From Solirubrobacterales bacterium (GTDB lineage Bacteria; Actinomycetota; Thermoleophilia; Solirubrobacterales; 70-9), in the NCBI GenBank assembly GCA_035694165.1, contig DASSFS010000040.1:401-64400 (forward strand): 64,000 nt of DNA. Direction: 5' to 3'. This document shows, in pieces, positions 37,872-44,760 of this stretch; the first letter of the stretch is position 1; each line of letters opens with the position of its first letter. The notes beneath the pieces are model-generated. The model searched no databases. It was not told the DNA's origin and saw only the letters and a program-made list of their open reading frames with translations. The position numbers and the translations under genes are program-made.

Positions 37872-38656
37872 TCGGCCGCCTCGGCGACGAGGATCGCGGC
37901 CTCGAGGTCGTCGACGGAGGCGCCGGTGCCGCCGCACCAGACGAAGGTCTCGCGGTTGCCCTTCGGGCCCGGGAGCCCGGAGGAGGCGAAACCGCGCACC
38001 GGCATCCCGAGCTCGCGAGCCGCCTCGGCGACCTTGAGGATCGCCTCGCGGCGGTCGCCATCGTCGCGAACGACGCCGCGCCCGACCCGCTCGCGGCCGA
38101 GCTCGAACTGCGGCTTGACCATCGCCAGGACTTCGCCGCCGGGCGCCAGGCAGCCCGCCACTGCCGGCAGCACCTTGGTCAGCGAGATGAAGGAGACGTC
38201 GACCGTGGCCAGAGAGGGCTCGAAGGGCAGGTCTGAGGGCAGCATCTCGCGAGCGTTGAGGCGCTCGATCACAGTCACCCGGGGATCCTCGCGCAGGCGC
38301 AGGTCGATCTGGCCGTAAGCGACGTCGGACGCAATAACCCGTGCCGCGCCGCGCTGCAGCATGCAGTCGGTGAAACCGCCGGTTGAGGCGCCGACATCGA
38401 GGCAGTCGCGGTCGGAAACGTCGATCTCCAGCGCCTCCAGCGCGTTCTCCAGCTTGGTGCCACCGCGGGAGACGTAGCGGGGCCCCGCGTCGACGATCAG
38501 CGTCGCCTCCGGCTCGACCAGCTGACTCGGTCGTAGGGCTATCGGCCCGTCCTGGCCAACCCGGACTTCCCCGGCCCGCACGGCGCCGGCGGCCGCCGTG
38601 CGTGACGGAAACAGGCCCTGCTCGGCCAAAACGGCGTCTATCCGGGCCTTCTTCAC
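37868..38656 (-). CDS. tlyA: TlyA-family rRNA 2'-O-methyltransferase (S4 domain + FtsJ-like MTase)
   Basis: GTG at codon 25 of the track ORF: VKKARIDAVLAEQGLFPSRTAAAGAVRAGEVRV (S4). DVGASTGGFTDCMLQRGA (SAM motif). Confidence 0.9.
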   Translation of the reverse strand: MKKARIDAVLAEQGLFPSRTAAAGAVRAGEVRVGQDGPIALRPSQLVEPEATLIVDAGPRYVSRGGTKLENALEALEIDVSDRDCLDVGASTGGFTDCMLQRGAARVIASDVAYGQIDLRLREDPRVTVIERLNAREMLPSDLPFEPSLATVDVSFISLTKVLPAVAGCLAPGGEVLAMVKPQFELGRERVGRGVVRDDGDRREAILKVAEAARELGMPVRGFASSGLPGPKGNRETFVWCGGTGASVDDLEAAILVAEAAE

Positions 38657-38939
38657 GCCCGCAACGCTACAGCGACGATCTCGTAACGACCCGTTTACCA
38701 GCCTCTTAGGCGGGTATGCGAGCCTCATTGGGAAGCGCTTGGAGACCGATCAAGGTCTCTGTGATCGGCCTCACACACAAATCGCACGTATGTTCGTACG
38801 CTGTTCAAGGATTCAAGTGGAGGTGCCGACGTAAGGAGCACCAAATCTTTTAGGTCGAGTCTTGCGCCGTCATATGGCCCCGTTGCTTCCCACAACGGCG
38901 CCCGCGGCACAAACAGGGCTCACCCACCTCCCACAGATC

Positions 38940-38989
38940 CACATATATAGAGATACATATCTCTCCTCCCTGTAGTAACCCCAGAAGCG
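38940..38989. other. Conserved AT-rich/CU-rich element, copy 1 of 2 (candidate leader micro-ORF with strong SD on minus strand / plus-strand sRNA / operator)
   Basis: CACATATATAGAGATACATATCTCTCCTCCCTGTAGTAACCCCAGAAGCG. It matches 44603-44651 at 44 of 51 aligned columns (hand alignment). On the minus strand it reads GGGAGGAGAGAT-ATG-TAT-CTC-TAT (micro-ORF 38920..38958, MYLYICGSVGGG). Confidence 0.4.
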
Positions 38990-39016
38990 CCCCGCCTCCC
39001 CGGCGGGGCGTTTTCT
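38988..39016 (+). terminator. Intrinsic-terminator-like hairpin with U-run (plus strand)
   Basis: CGCCCCGCC-TCCCC-GGCGGGGCG followed by TTTTCTG. A 9-bp GC stem with a T-run only on the plus strand. There is no plus-strand CDS upstream of it. Confidence 0.5.
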
Positions 39017-39142
39017 GTTGTGGAGCCATTCGCGAGCGGGGCCCGGCGAAACCCTTCTGCGACAGAGTTCGCCGAAAAGCGCGGGCGAAAAAATGAACGA
39101 ACGTTAAGATCGCCGCACTTGGCAATCGATGGGAGCGCAGTG

Positions 39143-39844
39143 ATGGCTGAACCCGGCGGGCCTCACAGCCGCGACGAATTTCACGAGATGGCGCAGGCGG
39201 CGCGCCAGCGGATCCTCGACTCCGGGCTGCCCTTCCCCTGCGACGAGGACCTCGGGCCGGCGAGCCGGGGCGCCGAGACGAAGCAGCGGATCCTCGCCGT
39301 AGCGATCACTCTCTGCGGAGAGCGCGGGATCGAGGCCTGCACGATGCGGGACATCGCGACCGAGGCCGGAATCAAGGCCCCTGCCATCTACAACCACTAC
39401 GGCTCCAAGGAAGAGGTGCTGGCAGCCGCCATGGAAGACATCCTCGGCCGCTTCTTCTGGGGCCAGGTGGCCTCGCTGGGCGACTTCCCGATCGAGGACT
39501 GGCTGGAGCAGATCGTCACGCGTCACGTTCGCTTCCAGCTCCGGCACCGCCGCCAGGCTGACGCCAGTGACGCTGTTCTCAACGGACCGGCGAAGAAGGA
39601 CAATCTCCCAACCCCTACCTATCGCAGGCTGGTCGGGCTCCAGCGCGACTACGCCGACCTGTTCTGCGTGCTCATCCAGGCCGCCTGGCCCACCGCCGAT
39701 CGCACCCAGGCGATGATGGCCGGCTTCGCCATGGCCGCGATGTGCGATCGCGTCTCCGGCTGGCACAACCCCAAGGGCCAGCTCTCGATCGAGGAGATCG
39801 CCGAGCGTCAGTGGGTCCTCGCCCGCCAGATGATCGATCCCTAG
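39143..39844 (+). CDS. TetR/AcrR-family transcriptional regulator
   Basis: Internal ATG (codon 42 of the track ORF). HTH block RILAVAITLCGERGIEACTMRDIATEAGIKAPAIYNHYGSKEEVL. Confidence 0.85.
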   Translation: MAEPGGPHSRDEFHEMAQAARQRILDSGLPFPCDEDLGPASRGAETKQRILAVAITLCGERGIEACTMRDIATEAGIKAPAIYNHYGSKEEVLAAAMEDILGRFFWGQVASLGDFPIEDWLEQIVTRHVRFQLRHRRQADASDAVLNGPAKKDNLPTPTYRRLVGLQRDYADLFCVLIQAAWPTADRTQAMMAGFAMAAMCDRVSGWHNPKGQLSIEEIAERQWVLARQMIDP

Positions 39845-39902
39845 ACGGGACCGACCGCGTACACGCTCCGGGGCTACTCTCGGCTGGTGAGCCGGCGAAG
39901 AC

Positions 39903-40733
39903 GTGGGCAGCCGAATGCTGGGTGAAGAACTGAAGGTGGTCGACGGCGCCGAGGCGGGAGCTTGGATCAAAGCTGCCATCGGCGGCGAGTTCGGAGCCGT
40001 GTCGCGAGAGGTGCCGAAGGTCTTCAACGCCTATGCGCGGATCTTCCATCGCGCCACCGACAGCGACGGCAACCACGTCACCTGGGGCGAGGTCGCCGAA
40101 CGCCTCGGCCGCACGGCCCACCGTGAAATGCAATGGCACCAACTGGTTGGTACGCCGGACACCTTCGGGGTCGAGGGTTCGAGATGGTCGGGCTCGATTC
40201 CGTCGCTCGGCGAGCTGGAAGTCGAGGAGCTCGATCGCCTCTGCGACGTACTCGCAGACCACACCGCCGATCCCGAGCGCTGCTTCTTCGGCCTCTGCCT
40301 GATCAACAGCCGGCTTGGGAGCAGTCTTTCGGGTGGCGACACGGGCCAACCGCTGCTGGAACTTCCGGTCGGGAGAGACCACGTGGTGCTGACCGGACCG
40401 TTGTCCGCAGTCGACCAGCTCATCAACACCGACATGACGGGAGTGACCTTTGCCTGCTACGTCGAGCCGGGGCAGGAGCCGCCAGACGAGCAGCCGGAGC
40501 CGGACTGGACCGATCCCTTCTGGCGCGAAGCCCCGCACCTGATTTGGCCTGCCGACCGCTCCTGGATCGTCGTCAGCGAGGTCGATTTCGATTCGACGCT
40601 GGTAGGGGGCAATCGGGAGCTGGTCGATGCGCTGGTGGCGTTCCCAGAACTGGAGGTCTACGAGGTCGAGCCCGATACCTCGCTCGCTGCCTTCTCCGAC
40701 AAGATCAACTGGGTTCCCGAGCCGGACGATTGA
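39903..40733 (+). CDS. Hypothetical protein, no function assignable
   Basis: 276 aa. Blocks YARIFH, CFFGLC, LIWPADRSWIVVSEVDFDSTLVGG. No catalytic motif recognised. Start could be GTG 39903 or ATG 39915. Lies 58 nt downstream of tetR. Confidence 0.6.
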   Translation: MGSRMLGEELKVVDGAEAGAWIKAAIGGEFGAVSREVPKVFNAYARIFHRATDSDGNHVTWGEVAERLGRTAHREMQWHQLVGTPDTFGVEGSRWSGSIPSLGELEVEELDRLCDVLADHTADPERCFFGLCLINSRLGSSLSGGDTGQPLLELPVGRDHVVLTGPLSAVDQLINTDMTGVTFACYVEPGQEPPDEQPEPDWTDPFWREAPHLIWPADRSWIVVSEVDFDSTLVGGNRELVDALVAFPELEVYEVEPDTSLAAFSDKINWVPEPDD

Positions 40734-40933
40734 CGACGGCCGAGGCGAGTGGTGGCGGCGGGCACGTAGTGCTCCAACTTGGCGCTATGGCCAAGGGCAA
40801 AGGGCACACCATCCTCGGCAAGCTTGACCAGCTCGGGATAGGAATCGCCAGCTGCCGACCAGCCCTCTACGTCGGGCGACTCGGCCCACCAGCCGTCGGC
40901 CTCATGGTGATAGATGACGCATACCGTTTCCAT
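40658..40933 (-). CDS. hicB: HicB-like antitoxin (N-terminal HicB/UPF0150 fold; C-terminal end uncertain)
   Basis: Internal ATG with GGAGG 6 nt upstream: METVCVIYHHEADGWWAESPDVEGWSAAGDSYPELVKLAEDGV. The last ~25 codons overlap the convergent gene 39903..40733 and may be read-through. Confidence 0.6.
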   Translation of the reverse strand: METVCVIYHHEADGWWAESPDVEGWSAAGDSYPELVKLAEDGVPFALGHSAKLEHYVPAATTRLGRRQSSGSGTQLILSEKAASEVSGSTS

Positions 40934-40946
40934 TCGATCCTCCGAG

Positions 40947-41134
40947 TCAGAGTAGCTTCCGGGCCTCATCCTCGGCAAGGCCAACGTCCTTCGTGAGGAT
41001 CTTCCGAGCCAGCCCGGCCGGAATCGTCGCTTTGTCGTGAAAGGCGAAGGTGACGGGTGGCCGACCCGGCGCCTTCAAATGGCGATGTGAGCCGGACCGA
41101 CGCGCCGTCAGATCAGCGCGGGAATCTCCCCCAC
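40947..41134 (-). pseudogene. hicA: Degenerate hicA (HicA mRNA-interferase toxin) remnant upstream of hicB
   Basis: Own translation. The C-terminal frame reads RRSGSHRHLKAPGRPPVTFAFHDKATIPAGLARKILTKDVGLAEDEARKLL*, which is HicA-like (GSH...H). That frame has no ATG or GTG, only a TTG leaving 43 codons that begins after the GSH motif. A GTG-led VGEIPALI* lies in another frame, which implies frameshift and internal deletion. Confidence 0.4.
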
Positions 41135-41155
41135 TCCTAAAGCTGCGACCTCGCC

Positions 41156-41704
41156 ATGCGACACAATGCGCGGGTGACGCGGCGACGGGGGTTGATTGCG
41201 ACGGGGATTGCGTCGGTGGTCTTGCTCTTGGCGATGGCGCCGGCGGATCAGCGGATGCATGACACGGGTGGGCCGGGGATCGTGCCGTTCGAGCTGGCGG
41301 GTAGTCAGGATCGGGCGGACGAGATCCTTGGGGAATGGGGTGAGAAGGGCCAGGATGCTGCTCGAGAGTCGCTGTGGATCGATTTCGGGTTCTCGCTCGC
41401 TTACGGTGTCTTTCTCACCCTTGCCCTGATGGCTGTTCGCGACATCGCCAGAGAACGTGGCTGGCGCCGTCTTGCAGCGGTCGGCGTGGTCGTCGTCTAC
41501 TTCGGAGCTCTCGCCGCGGCCTTCGACGTGCTGGAGGACATCTGCCTGCTGCTGACGCTTGACGGCGCTGGGGCCGCGTTCCCACTTCTGGCGACGATCT
41601 TCGCCAGCTGCAAGTTCATCTCTCTGACGGCAGCGATCGTCTATTTGCTCGTCGGACTGGCGATGCGGCTGCGCAGCCGCGATCCGGCGACGCAGACGCC
41701 GTAG
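41156..41704 (+). CDS. Hypothetical membrane protein (4 predicted TM helices)
   Basis: 182 aa with hydrophobic segments IATGIASVVLLLAMA, FGFSLAYGVFLTLALMAV, VGVVVVYFGALAAAF, FISLTAAIVYLLVGLAM. Confidence 0.6.
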   Translation: MRHNARVTRRRGLIATGIASVVLLLAMAPADQRMHDTGGPGIVPFELAGSQDRADEILGEWGEKGQDAARESLWIDFGFSLAYGVFLTLALMAVRDIARERGWRRLAAVGVVVVYFGALAAAFDVLEDICLLLTLDGAGAAFPLLATIFASCKFISLTAAIVYLLVGLAMRLRSRDPATQTP

Positions 41705-41720
41705 CGCCCAGATCGAAGCG

Positions 41721-42107
41721 CTACGGCAGTTCTTCGGCCGGGTCCATCGGGTGCAGCTCGCCCTTGCTTAGCGCCTCGGTGCGGAGGTGGGCGATTGCCA
41801 GGTACTCGGGGCTGCCGATCATGTCGAGGAAGGCCTGGCGGGTCGGGTATTCGACCAGGGCGACGAGGTCCCAGGATGTGTCCCCCAGCAGAGCGGCGGC
41901 GGGCTGGCCGGCCCAGACGATGCGGCCGCCGGCCTGCTCCAGTAAGGGGGCCACGGCGGCGCCGTATTCCAGGTAGCGCTCCTGGCCGCCGTCGGGCTTG
42001 AAGGCGAGGAGGTTCAGCATCACGACGGGGGTGCCGTCGTCGGTGCGGGCCGAGAAGGCGGCGAAGCCCTGCTCGTTGATCGGCTCCGGCTGGGCTGAGG
42101 CCTCCAC
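41721..42107 (-). CDS. DUF1330-domain protein
   Basis: 128 aa. VVMLNLLAFKP...YLEYGAAVAPLLEQAGGRIVW...WDLVALVEYPTRQAFLDMIGSPEY is typical of DUF1330. Confidence 0.75.
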   Translation of the reverse strand: MEASAQPEPINEQGFAAFSARTDDGTPVVMLNLLAFKPDGGQERYLEYGAAVAPLLEQAGGRIVWAGQPAAALLGDTSWDLVALVEYPTRQAFLDMIGSPEYLAIAHLRTEALSKGELHPMDPAEELP

Positions 42108-42130
42108 GGCGGCGAGTATATGGTCGCTGC

Positions 42131-42862
42131 ATGGCGCGAACCGCAGTCATCACCGGTGCTTCGAGCGGGATCGGAGCCGCCACCGCCAGAGTCCTGGCCG
42201 AGGAAGGCTTCGACGTCGTGCTCGGAGCGCGCCGGCTGGAGCGGCTGCAGGAGCTCGCGGCGGAGATCGGCGGTAAAGCGGTCGCGCTCGACGTCGCCGA
42301 CCCGGACTCGGTGCAGCAGTTCGTCGCTGCGATCTCCGGTTGCGATGTGCTCATCAACAACGCCGGCGGCGCACTCGGGCTGGCGCCGGTCGCCGAGACC
42401 GACGAAGCGCAGTGGCTCGACATGTACGAGAGCAACGTGCTGGGGACGATGCGGATGACGCGGGCGCTGCTGCCGGCGCTGGTCGAGTCCGGCGACGGCC
42501 ACATCGTCGGCGTGACCAGCATCGCCGCCTTCGAGTCCTACCGCGGCGGCGGCGGCTACACCGGCGCCAAGCACGCGCAGCGCACGCTCCTGCGCACCCT
42601 GCGGCTGGAGCTGCTGGGACAACCGGTGCGGGTAACCGAGGTGGCGCCCGGCATGGTCGACACCGAGTTCTCGCTGGTCCGTTTCGGCGGCGATGAGGAG
42701 GCTGCCGCGCGGGTCTACGAGGGAATGACGCCGCTGCTGGCCGAGGACGTCGCCGAGTGCATCCGCTGGGCCATCGTCCAGCCGGCGCACGTCAACATCG
42801 ACGAGATCGTCGTCCGGCCGCGGGACCAGGCCAGTGCCACCGAGGTCCACCGCAAACGCTGA
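42131..42862 (+). CDS. SDR-family NADP-dependent oxidoreductase (YdfG-like)
   Basis: 243 aa. TGASSGIG, NNAG, YTGAKHA. Confidence 0.9.
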   Translation: MARTAVITGASSGIGAATARVLAEEGFDVVLGARRLERLQELAAEIGGKAVALDVADPDSVQQFVAAISGCDVLINNAGGALGLAPVAETDEAQWLDMYESNVLGTMRMTRALLPALVESGDGHIVGVTSIAAFESYRGGGGYTGAKHAQRTLLRTLRLELLGQPVRVTEVAPGMVDTEFSLVRFGGDEEAAARVYEGMTPLLAEDVAECIRWAIVQPAHVNIDEIVVRPRDQASATEVHRKR

Positions 42863-43368
42863 TGGCGGATGTCCTCCCAGACCTGCTGCGCCCCGGACTG
42901 CGGGTGGTCTTCTGCGGGACGGCGGCCGGCACCGCCTCAGCCAAGGCGAAGGCCTACTACGCCGGTCCCGGCAACACCTTCTGGGAGGCGCTGTACGTGA
43001 CCGGCCTAACGCCGGTGCCGCTGGCACCGGCGGAATTCGCCCGGCTGCCGGAGTTCGGGATCGGCCTCACCGACATCTGCAAGGTCAGCTATGGCTCTGA
43101 CGCTGAGGTCGGCACGGCCGAGTTCGACGTCGACGGCCTGCGGGCACGGATCGCCGAGATCGAACCGACCCACCTCGCCTTCAACGGCAAGAACGCGGCG
43201 CGCGGCGCGCTGGAACGCGCGGTCAGGACCGGCCCGCAGGAGGAGCAGATCGGCGGCGCCCAGGTCTGGGTCCTACCCTCCACCTCTGGTGCCGCCCGTG
43301 GCTACTGGGACATCGGGCCCTGGCAGGAGCTGGCCGAGGCCTGCGGCGCTTCGCCGAGCTTTCTCTAA
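42862..43368 (+). CDS. mug: Mismatch-specific uracil/thymine DNA glycosylase (Mug, UDG family 2-like)
   Basis: Internal ATG overlapping the SDR stop (TGATG): MADVLPDLLRPGLRVVFCGTAAG...YYAGPGNTFW...GIGLTDI...AFNGK...LPSTSGAA. Confidence 0.8.
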   Translation: MADVLPDLLRPGLRVVFCGTAAGTASAKAKAYYAGPGNTFWEALYVTGLTPVPLAPAEFARLPEFGIGLTDICKVSYGSDAEVGTAEFDVDGLRARIAEIEPTHLAFNGKNAARGALERAVRTGPQEEQIGGAQVWVLPSTSGAARGYWDIGPWQELAEACGASPSFL

Positions 43369-43643
43369 CTCTCTTCTCTGGCCGGATCCTCGCCGGGCCA
43401 GCGGCCGATCACGGCGGTGAAACCGGAGCGGGCGCCGCGGTCGGTCAGGCCCTTGGCGATGCGGAAGATCGCCCCCTCCAGCGCCAGCGCGGCCAGCAGT
43501 TTCAGCCACGGCGCGTCGCGGTTGTCGGGCTCGGGCGGATCCTCATCGTCGATCACCGACCAGAGGCGCTCGAAGGCCTTCTGGGCGGCGAAGCCGGCGA
43601 TCAGGCCGGCGACGATCCCGACCGGTGCGAAGAGGAACTTCAT
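43365..43643 (-). CDS. DUF4235-domain small membrane-associated protein
   Basis: 92 aa. MKFLFAPVGIVAGLIAGFAAQKAFERLW... is the typical DUF4235 N-terminus. Confidence 0.7.
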   Translation of the reverse strand: MKFLFAPVGIVAGLIAGFAAQKAFERLWSVIDDEDPPEPDNRDAPWLKLLAALALEGAIFRIAKGLTDRGARSGFTAVIGRWPGEDPAREES

Positions 43644-43695
43644 GCGGTCAGCCTACCCCTGCCCGCTCGGCGACAAACGGTGGTGCCGAACAAGT

Positions 43696-44490
43696 TCAGC
43701 CGCCAAGCCACTCTTTGATCGGGCGATAGCCGGCGAGGGATGAGAAGTCACCCTGGTCGCGCATCTCCTCCGCAGCCGCCGCCATCGAGCGCACCGCCGT
43801 CCAGGCGAGGCTGCCACCGACGCTGACGCGCTGACCGCCGGCCTCGACGATCTCGGTCATCGTCAGCCCGCGGTGAGCGAGCACGTTGACGGGCCGGCCA
43901 GTGGCCTCGCAGACCGCCCGGATCTCCTCGCCATCGCGCAGCCCCGGCGCGTAGAGCACGTCCGCCCCGGCCGCCTCGTAGGCCTGCAGCCGGGCGATCG
44001 TGTCGTCGAGGTCGGGGTTGCCGCGGATGTGGTTCTCGGCCCGCGCGGTGAACGTAAACGGGAAGTCGAGTCGACGCGCTGCCTCCGCCGCCGCCGCGAC
44101 CCGCTCCGCGGCATGGCCGGCGTCGTAGATCCGCCCGGCCGGGTCGAAGTCCTCGATCGAGCCGCCGACCGCACCTGCCGCCGCCGCCCGCTCGATCGCG
44201 CTGGCCGCGTCCTCGGGCTCAGGCCCGTAGCCGTTCTCGAGGTCGACGGAGAGCGGTATCGCGGTCGCCTGGCCGACGGCGCGAACGTGGTCCATCACCT
44301 CCTCCGGAGTCGCCTCCCCATCCGGGCGGCCGAGGGTAAAGGCGAGCGCTGAGCTGCTGCTGGCCAGGGCCTCGAACCCGAGTGCTTCCAGGACCTTGGC
44401 CGAACCGGCGTCCCAGGGGTTCGGGATCAGGAACGGCTCGCCTTCGTGCAGCGTCCGGAATCGCTCCCCCTTCTGCCTCTGCGCCTCCAC
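43696..44490 (-). CDS. Isocitrate lyase / PEP mutase superfamily protein (2-methylisocitrate-lyase-like)
   Basis: 264 aa. [27 protein letters not shown]...D.E.GYG...IED pattern. GTG start. Confidence 0.85.
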   Translation of the reverse strand: MEAQRQKGERFRTLHEGEPFLIPNPWDAGSAKVLEALGFEALASSSSALAFTLGRPDGEATPEEVMDHVRAVGQATAIPLSVDLENGYGPEPEDAASAIERAAAAGAVGGSIEDFDPAGRIYDAGHAAERVAAAAEAARRLDFPFTFTARAENHIRGNPDLDDTIARLQAYEAAGADVLYAPGLRDGEEIRAVCEATGRPVNVLAHRGLTMTEIVEAGGQRVSVGGSLAWTAVRSMAAAAEEMRDQGDFSSLAGYRPIKEWLGG

Positions 44491-44602
44491 ACCCCCAACA
44501 TAACCGCGGCGGCGTCAGTCGCCAACTCGCCCCGCGGAGCAACGCGATACCGACCGCACTAGGCGGCCGGTCGCGAGTGGCCCGATTCCCCCAACGGGCC
44601 GA

Positions 44603-44651
44603 CACATATAGAGATACATATCCCTCCTCCCTATGGTGATCCCCAGAAGCG
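44603..44651. other. Conserved AT-rich/CU-rich element, copy 2 of 2
   Basis: CACATATAGAGATACATATCCCTCCTCCCTATGGTGATCCCCAGAAGCG. On the minus strand it reads GGGAGGAGGGAT-ATG-TAT-CTC-TAT-ATG-TGT. This is a 34-codon upstream ORF at 44515..44619 (MYLYMCRPVGGIGPL...) ending 24 nt before the GTG start of 43696..44490. Confidence 0.4.
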
Positions 44652-44690
44652 AGGGCCTGTCGGCCTTTGCTCCGTCCACCAGCACCGGAG

Positions 44691-44734
44691 AGATTGAGGC
44701 AATCTATTCGATTGCGACGATTGGATCAATCGTC
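44691..44734 (-). terminator. Two tandem hairpins downstream of dxs (candidate U-less terminator)
   Basis: AGATTG-AGG-CAATCT (44691-44705) and GACGATTG-GAT-CAATCGTC (44716-44734). There is no clear U-run on either strand. Confidence 0.3.
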
Positions 44735-44760
44735 AAAATTAGTTAGTCCGAACCGCACTA

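Noticed and set aside
38725-39125. Minus-strand ORFs of 61 and 91 aa and a plus-strand 78-aa ORF inside the tlyA-tetR spacer
   Set aside because: They have no SD or start context and atypical composition, and they cross the terminator hairpin and the AT-rich element. The region is better explained as non-coding or leader. Only the 12-codon SD-led micro-ORF is kept as a hypothesis.
38700-39140. Possibility that the long spacer hides a housekeeping RNA (tmRNA, RNase P RNA, SRP/4.5S RNA, 6S RNA) or a known riboswitch
   Set aside because: I found none of the hallmark sequences I know for these, such as the RNase P GAGGAAAGUCC box, the tmRNA tag ORF with tRNA-like ends, or the SRP GGAA/AGCA domain IV motif. 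6S RNA cannot be excluded by eye, but the two-copy nature of the element argues against it.
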